Below are positions 45,014 to 54,375 of a DNA stretch of 64,000 nt, piece by piece. The position numbers and the translations under genes were made by a program. The notes beneath the pieces were generated by a model. The model saw nothing but the letters and a program-made list of their open reading frames with translations. It was not told the origin of the DNA and made no database searches. Source of the stretch: an uncultured Bacteroidales bacterium (GTDB taxonomy: Bacteria > Bacteroidota > Bacteroidia > Bacteroidales > UBA932); assembly GCA_947306365.1 (NCBI GenBank), contig CAMZGD010000004.1, positions 52,531 through 116,530 on the forward strand, in the 5' to 3' direction. Position 1 is the stretch's first letter; every line of letters begins with the position of its first letter.

Positions 45014-46174
45014 GTGATCACGAAAGAGCAGGCAGACGCCTTCGGCGCGATTGAAACGCCCTTCTATTTCTACGACCTGGATCTCCTGCGCGAGACGCTG
45101 GACCGCTACGCGGCCCTGATTGCCAGGTACGGCTACAACGCGCACTATGCCCTGAAAGCCAATGCGGACGACCGGATCCTCGAAATCATCAGGGACCACG
45201 GCCTGGGGGCCGACTGCGTGAGCGGCAACGAGGTGAAGCTCGCCGTCAAGTCGGGCTTCGACCCGAAGAAGATCGTGTATGCCGGCGTCGGCAAGTCGGA
45301 CAAGGAAATCCGGACGGCGCTCAGGGCCGGCATCTTCTGCTTCAACTGCGAGAGCGTTCCGGAAATCCGGATCATCAACGACCTGGCCGCCGGGATGGGC
45401 CGCACGGCGCAGATCTCGATCCGCGTGAACCCCGACATCGACGCACACACCCACAGATACATCAGCACGGGCCTTAAGGAGAACAAGTTCGGCATCAGCC
45501 CCTGGGCCTTCCAGGACGTCGCCGACCTGCTGGCACAGTGCAGGAACGTCTCCTTCATCGGCCTGCACGTCCACGTAGGCTCGCAGATCACGGAAATGCC
45601 GGTCTTCGCCCTCACCTGCCGGCGCATCGAGGAGCTGCAGCAGTGGTTCATCGACCACGGCATCCCCGTCCGGAACCTCAACCTCGGCGGCGGACTCGGC
45701 GTGAACTACCAGGACCCCGCCGGAGAACCCGTCGCCCGGTTCGAAGACTATTTCGACACCATCCACCGCAACCTCGTCGTCCGGCCGGGCCAGCAGGTCC
45801 ATTTCGAGCCGGGCCGCGCACTCGTGGCCCAGTGCGGCCACCTCATCTCCCGGGTGCTCTACGTAAAAGCGGGACGGGAAAAGAAGTTCGCCATCCTCGA
45901 CGCGGGGATGAACGACCTCGTGCGGCCGGCGCTGTACCAGGCCTACCACGCCATCGAGAACCTCAGTTCCTCGAAGCGGAAGCTGCGCTACGACGTCGTG
46001 GGGCCGGTGTGCGAATCGAGCGACTGCTGGGGGAAGAACCGCCTGCTGGCCGCCTGCACGCGCGGCGACCTGGTCGCCATCCATTCGGCCGGCGCCTACG
46101 GCCAGGTGATGGCGATGCGCTACAACCAGCGCGACCTGGCGAAAGCCGTATATTCAGATGATTTGAAGAAGTAA
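45014..46174 (+). CDS. lysA: diaminopimelate decarboxylase
   Basis: 386 aa (GTG start). ETPFYFYDL, a PLP-Lys region (YALKAN), HVHVGSQ, and CESSD. Confidence 0.93.
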   Translation: MITKEQADAFGAIETPFYFYDLDLLRETLDRYAALIARYGYNAHYALKANADDRILEIIRDHGLGADCVSGNEVKLAVKSGFDPKKIVYAGVGKSDKEIRTALRAGIFCFNCESVPEIRIINDLAAGMGRTAQISIRVNPDIDAHTHRYISTGLKENKFGISPWAFQDVADLLAQCRNVSFIGLHVHVGSQITEMPVFALTCRRIEELQQWFIDHGIPVRNLNLGGGLGVNYQDPAGEPVARFEDYFDTIHRNLVVRPGQQVHFEPGRALVAQCGHLISRVLYVKAGREKKFAILDAGMNDLVRPALYQAYHAIENLSSSKRKLRYDVVGPVCESSDCWGKNRLLAACTRGDLVAIHSAGAYGQVMAMRYNQRDLAKAVYSDDLKK

Positions 46175-46179
46175 GCACC

Positions 46180-47511
46180 ATGTTTGAGAATCTAACCGAC
46201 AGACTGGAGAAATCGTTCCGGCTCATCAAGGGCCAGGGCAGGATCACGGAGGTCAACATCTCCGAAACCATGAAGGACGTGCGGAAAGCGCTCCTCGACG
46301 CCGACGTAAGCTATAAGATCGCCAAGGCTTTCTGCGACGAAGTCAAGCAGAAGGCCATCGGCCAGGACGTGCTCAAGGCCGTCCGCCCCGAGCAGATGAT
46401 GGTCAAGATCGTCCACGACGAGCTGGCCGAACTGATGGGCAGCGAAGCCTCCGAGATCAACATAAAGGGCAACCCCGGCATCGTGCTGGTGGCCGGCCTC
46501 AACGGTTCCGGCAAGACCACGTTCTGCGGCAAGCTGGCCCTCAACCTGAAGAGCAAGCGCGGCATGAAGGTGCTGGTGGCGGCCTGCGACACGTTCCGCC
46601 CCGCCGCCATCGAGCAGTTGAAGACGCTTTGCGGGCAGATCCAGGTGGACTGCTACAGCGAGGACGGCGTGAAGGACCCGATCCAGATCGCCCAGAACGC
46701 CATCCGGAAGGCGAAGGCGGAAAGCTACGCCGTGGTGGTGATCGATACCGCCGGCCGTCTGGCCGTGGACCAGGCGCTGATGGACGAGATCTCCGCCCTC
46801 CACCAGGCCGTAAAACCCACGGAGACCCTGTTCGTGGTCGACGCGATGACCGGCCAGGACGCCGTGGAGACGGCCAAGGCCTTCAACGACCGCCTCGACT
46901 TCGACGGCGTGGTCCTGACCAAGATGGACGGCGACACCCGCGGCGGTGCGGCCCTTTCCATCAAGGCGGTGGTGGGCAAGCCCATCAAGTTCGTCTCGTC
47001 GGGCGAAAAGATGGAAGCCCTCGACATCTTCTATCCGAAGCGCGTCGCCGACCGCATCCTCGGCATGGGCGACGTGGTCACCCTCGTGGAAAAGGCGCAG
47101 GAGCAGTTCGACGAGGAGGAGGCCCGCCGGCTCCACAAGAAGATCGCACACGACCAGTTCACGCTCCAGGACTTCTACGACCAGATCCAGCAGATCAAGA
47201 AGATGGGCAACATCAAGGATCTCGCCTCAATGATCCCGGGCGTGGGCAAGGCGCTCCGCGACGTGGACATCGACAACAGTTCGTTCAAGCAGACCGAGGC
47301 CATCATCCTCTCGATGACGCCCTACGAGAAGGAGAATCCGACCTATATCAACGGCAGCCGCCGCAAACGCATCGCCGCCGGCAGCGGCACCACGCTGGCC
47401 GACGTCAACCGGCTGCTGAAACAGTTTGAAGGCACCCGCAAGGTGATGAAGAACATGACCGCCACCAATCCGATGGCGGCCCGGCTGATGAAGCGGAAGA
47501 AACGCAGATAA
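46180..47511 (+). CDS. ffh: signal recognition particle protein
   Basis: 443 aa. GLNGSGKTT, DTAGR, and TKMDGD GTPase motifs, plus a Met-rich M domain. Confidence 0.96.
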   Translation: MFENLTDRLEKSFRLIKGQGRITEVNISETMKDVRKALLDADVSYKIAKAFCDEVKQKAIGQDVLKAVRPEQMMVKIVHDELAELMGSEASEINIKGNPGIVLVAGLNGSGKTTFCGKLALNLKSKRGMKVLVAACDTFRPAAIEQLKTLCGQIQVDCYSEDGVKDPIQIAQNAIRKAKAESYAVVVIDTAGRLAVDQALMDEISALHQAVKPTETLFVVDAMTGQDAVETAKAFNDRLDFDGVVLTKMDGDTRGGAALSIKAVVGKPIKFVSSGEKMEALDIFYPKRVADRILGMGDVVTLVEKAQEQFDEEEARRLHKKIAHDQFTLQDFYDQIQQIKKMGNIKDLASMIPGVGKALRDVDIDNSSFKQTEAIILSMTPYEKENPTYINGSRRKRIAAGSGTTLADVNRLLKQFEGTRKVMKNMTATNPMAARLMKRKKRR

Positions 47512-47519
47512 CCGCACCT

Positions 47520-48404
47520 ATGGCTGGCCTCCGACGATATTTCCTGAGTGAAACGCCGTTGCGCGAACGGCTGGAAGATACGTTCCGGTCGTTTCCGGGG
47601 CGCGTCGTCTCCCTCGTGGGACAGGCGCCGCTGAGCGGCTCCGTCGTGGCGGAATGGGATTTCGAGAGTCCCGCTTCCTGGCGCTGGGACACGGGCCTGG
47701 TATCGGACGACCTTTCGCTCGACGCTTGCGGACAGACGGAGCGCATCTTCGCACTGTACGAGGCCCGGCTCGCCGATGCCGGCCTGCGGATCGCCGACCA
47801 TTGTGTCCGCACCTGGATCTACGTGCGCGATATCGACAATAACTATGCGGGGATGGTGGAAGGGCGCAACCGCAGTTTCCAGCGGCTGGGCCTGACGCGC
47901 GACACCCATTTCATCGCCAGCACCGGCATCGCCGGAACGCACCGCGACCCGCAGGTCCTGGTCGTGATGGACGCGCTGGCCATTCCCGACATCGATCCGG
48001 CGTCCCTGCACTACCTTCAGGCGCCCGGCCGGATGAATGCAGCCTTCGACTACGGTGTGGCCTTCGAACGGGGCGTCGGCTTCGACTACGAGGGGCTCCG
48101 CTATACGTTCGTCAGCGGAACGGCCAGCATCGACGACCGGGGCGAAGTGCTTCACACCGGCGATGCAGCGCGCCAGACGATGCGCATCCTGGAGAACATC
48201 CGGGCCCTGCTGGCAGACGACTGGGCGGATATGGGCCAGATCGGCTCGGCGCTTGTCTATCTGCGCAATCCGGAAGATACCGCTGCGGTGCGCACGGTGC
48301 TCGACCGGGAACTCCCCTGCCTCGACTATCTGCTGCTGCACGCACCGGTCTGCCGGCCCGACTGGCTGGTCGAGATCGAATGCGTAGCCGTCAGAAAGGC
48401 ATAA
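47520..48404 (+). CDS. tandem RidA/YjgF-like domain protein, possibly FkbO/Hyg5/XanB2-type chorismatase family
   Basis: 294 aa. The C-terminal half is a clear RidA fold (YTFVSGTASIDDRGEVLHTGDAARQTMRILENIRALL...VEIECVAV). The N-terminal half has VRTWIYVRDIDNNYAGMVEGRNRSF, reminiscent of the chorismatase R.WNY..I...Y..F..GR motif. The family call is from memory. Confidence 0.6.
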   Translation: MAGLRRYFLSETPLRERLEDTFRSFPGRVVSLVGQAPLSGSVVAEWDFESPASWRWDTGLVSDDLSLDACGQTERIFALYEARLADAGLRIADHCVRTWIYVRDIDNNYAGMVEGRNRSFQRLGLTRDTHFIASTGIAGTHRDPQVLVVMDALAIPDIDPASLHYLQAPGRMNAAFDYGVAFERGVGFDYEGLRYTFVSGTASIDDRGEVLHTGDAARQTMRILENIRALLADDWADMGQIGSALVYLRNPEDTAAVRTVLDRELPCLDYLLLHAPVCRPDWLVEIECVAVRKA

Positions 48405-49365
48405 TCGACTCGTTCCGATACGGATAGGTGCGGCGAAGGGCCTCGAAGGAGGCCGGATCGCGGCGGAGCGCCGCGTCGTCGTGCCGGATGTCGTAGGGTT
48501 CCTGCGGCAGCGTGACGCCTTCCACACGGAATGCCTGCAGCGGCGCGATGCCGAAAGTTCCGCCGACGGAGCGGACCACCGCCTCCGTCCCCCGGATCTT
48601 TCCCTGTACGGAATACCCCGCGATGTGCGGCGTGGCGATGTCGACGGCGGCCAGCAACGCACGGTTGATGTCCGGTTCGTTCTTCCAGACATCGAGGACG
48701 ATGCGGCCCAGGCCCGGACGGGCGGCGAGAAGGGCGTCCTCGTCCACCACCTCGCCCCGGGAGGCGTTGATGAAGGCCGCCCCGGGACGCATCGCGGCAA
48801 AGAAGGCCGCGTCGGCGAAATCCCGGTTTTCCGGCCAGAGGGGGATGTGCAGCGTCACCACATCGGCGGCCGCGAGCAGTTCCGGAAGGGGCGTGAACCC
48901 GTCCGGCCCCTCGGCCACTTCGCGCGGCGGGTCGCTCAGCAACACCTGCATCCCGGCCCGGCGGCCGACTTCCGCCACCAGCGAGCCGACGTGCCCCACG
49001 CCGACGACGCCCAGCGTCGCGCCGGGACGGTCGAGCGCGCACGTGCGGAGCGCCACGGCGACGAATTGTGCGACGGCGGCCGCATTGCAGCCGGGCGCGC
49101 TGGCCACGGCGATGCCCTTTCCGGCGCAGTAAGGCAGGTCGATATGGTCGGTGCCGATGGTCGCCGTGGCAACCAGCCGCACGGAAGAGCCTTCGAGCAG
49201 GGCGGCGTCGCAGCGCGTCCGCGTCCGGATGACCAGCGCGACGGCGTCGCGCACGTCGGCCGGGCCGATGGACCGTCCGGCCAGATACCGGACGTCGAAC
49301 CACGGTTCAAAGACGCCCGCCAGGAACGGAATGTCGCGGTCGGCGACCAGGACTGCCTTGGCCAT
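48391..49365 (-). CDS. pdxB: 4-phosphoerythronate dehydrogenase (D-2-hydroxyacid dehydrogenase family)
   Basis: 324 aa. Has the PdxB-like N-terminus (ADRDIPFL...F), IGTDHIDL, and the NAD motif GVVGVGHVGS. Confidence 0.8.
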   Translation of the reverse strand: MAKAVLVADRDIPFLAGVFEPWFDVRYLAGRSIGPADVRDAVALVIRTRTRCDAALLEGSSVRLVATATIGTDHIDLPYCAGKGIAVASAPGCNAAAVAQFVAVALRTCALDRPGATLGVVGVGHVGSLVAEVGRRAGMQVLLSDPPREVAEGPDGFTPLPELLAAADVVTLHIPLWPENRDFADAAFFAAMRPGAAFINASRGEVVDEDALLAARPGLGRIVLDVWKNEPDINRALLAAVDIATPHIAGYSVQGKIRGTEAVVRSVGGTFGIAPLQAFRVEGVTLPQEPYDIRHDDAALRRDPASFEALRRTYPYRNESIMPF

Positions 49366-49662
49366 CTACGTAAGTTTCAATTGTTTGACATACGCGTCCC
49401 CCAGCCGGGCGTTGAGCCGTTCGCGGATCGCTTCCGCCTGCGTCTGCAGGTGCGACCGGACCACGGACGAACGGATCCGGCAAGTCAGGACACCGTCACG
49501 GAACGAATGGTGCGAGGTATAGGTCCCCAGCAGGACAGATCCGACGGCCAGCTGGTCCCACGCCGCGAAAATGCGCGTCTGCAGCAGGCCCTCCTCCAGA
49601 TGGGATTCCTGTACGTACCGGGCGAGCACCTCGCCGATCGTGCGTGTGGCTTCGCGCTTCAT
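49366..49662 (-). CDS. DUF721 domain-containing protein
   Basis: 98 aa. Sits immediately downstream of recF (4-nt overlap), the conserved Bacteroidetes arrangement. Sequence IGEVLARYVQESHLEEGLLQTRIFAAWD. Confidence 0.75.
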   Translation of the reverse strand: MKREATRTIGEVLARYVQESHLEEGLLQTRIFAAWDQLAVGSVLLGTYTSHHSFRDGVLTCRIRSSVVRSHLQTQAEAIRERLNARLGDAYVKQLKLT

Positions 49663-50753
49663 TCCGCCGAGATTTTTCCGGATTCCACGAAAAAGTTCCG
49701 GCAGGGTGCGTCCATGGTGCGGGCCACCTTGTCAAGCCGGACCTTGTTGCTGTCGGTCAGGAAGATCTGGCCGAAATCGAGCGTCGAGACCAGGGCGAGC
49801 AGGTCTTCCACCCGCTGCATGTCGAGCTTGTCGAACACGTCGTCGAGCAGCAGGATGGGCGTCTGTCCGTAGATCTCCCTGACGAACCGGAACTGGGCGA
49901 GCTTCATCGCCAGCAGGAAGCTCTTCTGCTGGCCCTGGGAGCCGCAGCGCCGCAGCGGATGGCCGTCGAGCCGGAACAGCAGGTCGTCGCGCTGGATGCC
50001 GGCCGTCGTGTAGCGCAGCACCCGTTCCTTCTCCGCTTCCCGGGCGAACAGCGCTTCCGGCGTCGTGTCGTCGAGGTCCGACCGGTAGGCCAGGTCCACG
50101 GATTCGCGTCCCTGCGAAAGGGCGCTGTAGAATTCCCGGACCATCGGCCGGAGCCGGTCGCACAGTTCCCGGCGGGCGCGGTGCACGTACGCCGCGTGCG
50201 GCGACATCCGCTCCGAGAAGGTGTCCAGCAGCTCCGGAATAGCCTGGTCCTCCTTCAGCAGCCGGTTGCGCTGCAGCAGCAGCTGGTTGTACGCCTGGAT
50301 GTGCTGCAGGTAGGCCCGGTCGGTCTGCGACAGGATGAAATTGAGGTATTTGCGCCGGTCTTCCCCGGCGTCGTTGATCAGCCCCGCATCGAGGGGCGAG
50401 ACCATCACGACCGGCAGCAGCCCGATGTGCTCCGAGAAGCGGGCATAGGCCTTGGCGCCCCGGCGGAACGTCTTCTCCCCGCCCCGGCGGACCGAGGCCG
50501 AGACCTTCTCTTCCGTGCCGCCGTCCATCTGGTAGATGCCGCACAGCGTCGTTTCCTCCGCGCCGAAGGCATACACATACTGGTCGGAAGACGAGAAATA
50601 GCTCTTCGTCATCGACAGGTAGTAGACGGCGTCCAGCAGGTTCGTCTTCCCCGCCCCGTTGCTGCCGTAGATGCAGTTCACCTTGGGGGAGAACACCAGG
50701 TCCGCTTCCGCGATGTTCTTGAAATCGTGCAGGATGACTCTGTTTAAAAACAT
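49659..50753 (-). CDS. recF: DNA replication and repair protein RecF
   Basis: Starts MFLNRVILHDFKNI...; Walker A GSNGAGKTNLLDA. The track start at 50858 adds a non-homologous extension. Confidence 0.93.
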   Translation of the reverse strand: MFLNRVILHDFKNIAEADLVFSPKVNCIYGSNGAGKTNLLDAVYYLSMTKSYFSSSDQYVYAFGAEETTLCGIYQMDGGTEEKVSASVRRGGEKTFRRGAKAYARFSEHIGLLPVVMVSPLDAGLINDAGEDRRKYLNFILSQTDRAYLQHIQAYNQLLLQRNRLLKEDQAIPELLDTFSERMSPHAAYVHRARRELCDRLRPMVREFYSALSQGRESVDLAYRSDLDDTTPEALFAREAEKERVLRYTTAGIQRDDLLFRLDGHPLRRCGSQGQQKSFLLAMKLAQFRFVREIYGQTPILLLDDVFDKLDMQRVEDLLALVSTLDFGQIFLTDSNKVRLDKVARTMDAPCRNFFVESGKISAE

Positions 50754-50810
50754 GTTAAAATCTTCTGCCACAAATGTACGAAATAATCTTGGGGATTCCC
50801 ATTTTTGTTG

Positions 50811-50818
50811 TAAATTTG
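50811..50818 (+). promoter_or_regulatory. -7 promoter box TAAATTTG for the TPR/yebC (and possibly mce-mmd) transcription unit
   Basis: TAnnTTTG match, followed by an A-rich leader of about 85 nt before the ATG at 50909. Confidence 0.5.
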
Positions 50819-50908
50819 CAGATTGCGTCAAAAACGCAAAAACGCCCTCAGAAGCCATTCCGAGCGGGGTTTAACCGAAAAATAAAAAACGAAAAAATAC
50901 AACAAAAA

Positions 50909-51583
50909 ATGGCAAAGAACAATCAAAAGGAGACTCAGCAGGAACAGGTCGCCACGACCGTTTCCGGTGTTGAGGAATTTTTCAGCAAGTATCAAAAACT
51001 GATCGAATGGGTGCTCATCGCCCTGATCCTGGTCATCTTCGGCATTTTCGCCATCAACCGGTGGGTGGTCGCGCCCGCAAAGGCCGAAGCGCAGGGCCAG
51101 CTGTTCCACGCCGAGCAGCTCTTCCGCAGCGGCAACTTCGAAACGGCGCTGAACGGTGACGGCAACGTCCTCGGCTTCAACGACATCATCAACAACTACG
51201 GCCGGAAGGCAGGCAAGGGCGTCTATCTCTATGCGGGCCTTTGCAACCTCCAGCTCGGCAACAACGAAGAGGCCGTCGCGCTCCTGAAGCGCTACAGCGT
51301 CAAGGACAAGATCATGCAGGGCCGCGCCTACTGCGCGATCGGCGACGCGTATTCCAACATGAAGGACTACGCCTCGGCACTCTCCTACTACAAGAAGGCG
51401 GCCGCCCTGGAAGACAACGCCTATGCCGCCGGCTACCTCCTGAAGGCCGCCCTCGTCTCCGAGGAAACGGGCGACCTGGCCGGCGCCCTCAAGCTCTACA
51501 AGGAGATCGAGACCAAGTATCCCCAGACGCTGGAAGGCTACGACGTCCAGAAATATATTTCCCGCATCGAAAACCAGCAGTAA
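50909..51583 (+). CDS. membrane-anchored tetratricopeptide-repeat protein (YfgM-like)
   Basis: Starts MAKNNQKETQQEQ, then a TM helix (WVLIALILVIFGIFAI) and TPR-like repeats (AYCAIGDAYSNMKDYASALSYYKKA). Confidence 0.75.
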   Translation: MAKNNQKETQQEQVATTVSGVEEFFSKYQKLIEWVLIALILVIFGIFAINRWVVAPAKAEAQGQLFHAEQLFRSGNFETALNGDGNVLGFNDIINNYGRKAGKGVYLYAGLCNLQLGNNEEAVALLKRYSVKDKIMQGRAYCAIGDAYSNMKDYASALSYYKKAAALEDNAYAAGYLLKAALVSEETGDLAGALKLYKEIETKYPQTLEGYDVQKYISRIENQQ

Positions 51584-51589
51584 ACCACC

Positions 51590-52336
51590 ATGGGAAGAGC
51601 CTTTGAATTCCGCAAGGAAAGGAAGTTCAAGCGTTGGGGCCATATGGCCAAGACGTTTACCAAGATCGGCAAGGAAATCACCATCGCCGTCAAGAACGGC
51701 GGACCCGACGTGACGGGCAACCCGCGCCTGAGAGCCCTGCTCCAGACCGCCCGCAGCGAGAACATGCCGAAGGAGAACATCGAGCGTGCCATCAAGAAGG
51801 CCACCGACAAGGACCAGGCCGACTACAAGGAAGTCGTGTACGAGGGTTACGGCCCGCACGGCGTGGCCATCCTCGTCGAGACGGCGACCGACAACACCAA
51901 CCGCACGGTGGCCAACATCCGCAGCTACTTCAACAAGTTCGGCGGCAACCTCGGCACCTCGGGCAGCGTCTCGTTCATGTTCGACCACAAGTGCGTGTTC
52001 AAGATCAAGAACGCGCCGGAGATCGACGTCGAAGAGCTCGAGCTTGAACTCATCGACTTCGGCGCCGACGAAGTGTTCGTCGACGAATTCGAGAACAAGG
52101 ACGGCGAGACCGAGGAAGTCATCACCATCTACGGCGAATACACAGCATTCAACAGTATCCAGAAATACATTGAAGACAAGGGGTACGAACTCGTCTCCGC
52201 CGGCTTCGACCGTTTCCCGAACGGCGAGATGAAACACCTCGCCGCCGAGGAGCGCGCCGAACTCGACAAGCTGCTCGAGAAACTCGAGGAGGACGACGAC
52301 GTGCAGAACGTCTTCCACAACCTGGCAGAAGAATAA
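51590..52336 (+). CDS. yebC: YebC/PmpR family DNA-binding transcriptional regulator
   Basis: 248 aa. GRAFEFRKERKFKRWG and YEGYGPHGVAILVE. Confidence 0.93.
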   Translation: MGRAFEFRKERKFKRWGHMAKTFTKIGKEITIAVKNGGPDVTGNPRLRALLQTARSENMPKENIERAIKKATDKDQADYKEVVYEGYGPHGVAILVETATDNTNRTVANIRSYFNKFGGNLGTSGSVSFMFDHKCVFKIKNAPEIDVEELELELIDFGADEVFVDEFENKDGETEEVITIYGEYTAFNSIQKYIEDKGYELVSAGFDRFPNGEMKHLAAEERAELDKLLEKLEEDDDVQNVFHNLAEE

Positions 52337-52353
52337 TCCAAAAATCCCATATC

Positions 52354-52764
52354 ATGAATCTTACACACATCGAACACCTGGGCATCGCCGTCAAGAGCCT
52401 TGAAGAGGCGATTCCTTACTATGAGAATGTACTCGGACTGAAGTGCTACGCCATCGAAGAGGTCGCCGACCAGAAAGTGAAGACCGCGTTCTTCAAGATC
52501 GGCCAGACGAAACTCGAACTGCTCGAGCCCACCAGCCCGGAAAGCACCATCGCCGGTTTCATCGAGAAGCGCGGCGAAGGCATCCACCACCTCGCATTCG
52601 CTACCGACGATGTGGCTGCCTGCCTCTCAGAAGCCGAAGAGAAAGGCGTCCGCCTGATCGACAAGGCTCCGCGCAAAGGCGCCGAGAAGATGATGATCGC
52701 CTTCGTCCACCCGAAGTCCACCAAGGGCGTCCTCACGGAATTCTGCATGAAGGGCGAAGAGTAA
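52354..52764 (+). CDS. mce: methylmalonyl-CoA epimerase (VOC family)
   Basis: 136 aa. IEHLGIAV and GEGIHHLAF. Sits immediately upstream of the mmd genes. Confidence 0.88.
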   Translation: MNLTHIEHLGIAVKSLEEAIPYYENVLGLKCYAIEEVADQKVKTAFFKIGQTKLELLEPTSPESTIAGFIEKRGEGIHHLAFATDDVAACLSEAEEKGVRLIDKAPRKGAEKMMIAFVHPKSTKGVLTEFCMKGEE

Positions 52765-52800
52765 AACACCGTTTTTTTAAAATCTTTAGCACTTACTATA

Positions 52801-54363
52801 ATGAGTCAGCAACTCGAAAAAGTAAAAGAGCTTATCGAACTGAGAGAGAAAGCTCGTATGGGCGGCGGCCAGAAAGGCATCGACAGCCAGCACGCAAAAG
52901 GTAAATACACGGCTCGCGAGCGCATCAACATGCTCCTCGACGAGGGTAGCTTCGAAGAATTCGACATGTTCATGACCCATCGCTGCACCAACTTCGGCAT
53001 GGAGAAGAAAACCTACCTCGGCGACGGCGTGGTGACCGGTTACGGCACGATCGCCGGCCGGCTGGTCTATGTCTTCGCACAGGACTTCACCGTGATCGGC
53101 GGCTCGCTCTCCGAGACACTGGCCCAGAAGATCTGCAAGGTGATGGACATGGCCATGAAGAACGGGGCCCCGTGCATCGGCCTGAACGACTCGGGCGGTG
53201 CCCGTATCCAGGAAGGCGTGAACGCCCTGGCCGGCTACTCCGAAATCTTCGAGCGCAACATCCTCGCCTCGGGCGTCGTGCCGCAGATCTCCGCGATCCT
53301 CGGCCCCTGCGCCGGCGGTGCCGTCTATTCCCCTGCCCTGACCGACTTCATCATCATGTCGGAAGGTACTTCCTATATGTTCCTCACCGGTCCGGCCGTC
53401 GTCAAGCAGGTGCTCGGCGAGAACGTTACGCAGGAAGAACTCGGCGGCGCAGCCGTCCACGCTTCCAAGAGCGGCGTGGCCCAGTTCAAGGCCGCGACCG
53501 AGGAAGAGGCCATCGCCACCATCCGCGACCTGCTGAGCTATCTCCCGCAGAACAATATGGAGGAACCGCCGTACGTGCCGACCGAAGACCCGATCGACCG
53601 CAAGGAGGACTCCCTCAACGAAATCATCCCCGACAGCCCGAATGCACCGTACGACATGTACGAAGTGATTGGCGCCATCGTCGACGACGGCAAGTTCCTC
53701 GAGGTCCACAAGGACTATGCGAAGAACCTCATCGTGGGATTCGGCCGCTTCGGCGGAACGGCCGTCGGCATCGTGGCCAACCAGCCCAAATACCTCGCCG
53801 GCGTGCTCGACATCAACTCTTCCCGCAAGGGTGCGCGCTTCGTGCGCTTCTGCGACGCCTTCAACATCCCCGTCGTGACGCTCGTCGACGTGCCGGGCTT
53901 CCTCCCGGGCACGCAGCAGGAATACGGCGGCATCATCGTCCACGGCGCGAAGCTCCTTTACGCCTACGGCGAAGCCACCATCCCCAAGGTGACCGTGACG
54001 CTCCGCAAGTCGTACGGCGGCAGCCACATCGTGATGAGCTGCAAGCAGCTCCGGGGTGACATCAACTACGCCTGGCCGACCGCCAACATCGCCGTGATGG
54101 GTGCCGAGGGCGCCGTGGCCGTGCTCTATGCCAAGGAAATCAAGGCCGAAGAGGATCCCGAGAAGAAGAAGGAGATCGCCGAAGCCAAGAAGAAGGAGTA
54201 CAACGACCTCTTCTGCAACCCGTACAATGCCGCGAAGTACGGTTACATCGACGATGTGATCGAGCCGCGCAACACCCGCTTCCGCATTATCCGCGCCCTA
54301 GAGCAGCTTTCCACCAAGAAGCTGTCGAACCCCGCCAAGAAACACGACAACCTGCCTCTCTAA
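52801..54363 (+). CDS. mmdA: methylmalonyl-CoA decarboxylase alpha subunit / acyl-CoA carboxyltransferase
   Basis: 520 aa. Carboxyltransferase motifs ([38 protein letters not shown]). Confidence 0.93.
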   Translation: MSQQLEKVKELIELREKARMGGGQKGIDSQHAKGKYTARERINMLLDEGSFEEFDMFMTHRCTNFGMEKKTYLGDGVVTGYGTIAGRLVYVFAQDFTVIGGSLSETLAQKICKVMDMAMKNGAPCIGLNDSGGARIQEGVNALAGYSEIFERNILASGVVPQISAILGPCAGGAVYSPALTDFIIMSEGTSYMFLTGPAVVKQVLGENVTQEELGGAAVHASKSGVAQFKAATEEEAIATIRDLLSYLPQNNMEEPPYVPTEDPIDRKEDSLNEIIPDSPNAPYDMYEVIGAIVDDGKFLEVHKDYAKNLIVGFGRFGGTAVGIVANQPKYLAGVLDINSSRKGARFVRFCDAFNIPVVTLVDVPGFLPGTQQEYGGIIVHGAKLLYAYGEATIPKVTVTLRKSYGGSHIVMSCKQLRGDINYAWPTANIAVMGAEGAVAVLYAKEIKAEEDPEKKKEIAEAKKKEYNDLFCNPYNAAKYGYIDDVIEPRNTRFRIIRALEQLSTKKLSNPAKKHDNLPL

Positions 54364-54375
54364 CCCAACGACGCT

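Noticed and set aside
47343-48800. 485-aa minus-strand ORF overlapping the end of ffh, the RidA-like gene and pdxB
   Set aside because: It is Arg/Pro/Ser-rich, crosses three real genes in different orientations, and has no motifs. It is a high-GC artefact.
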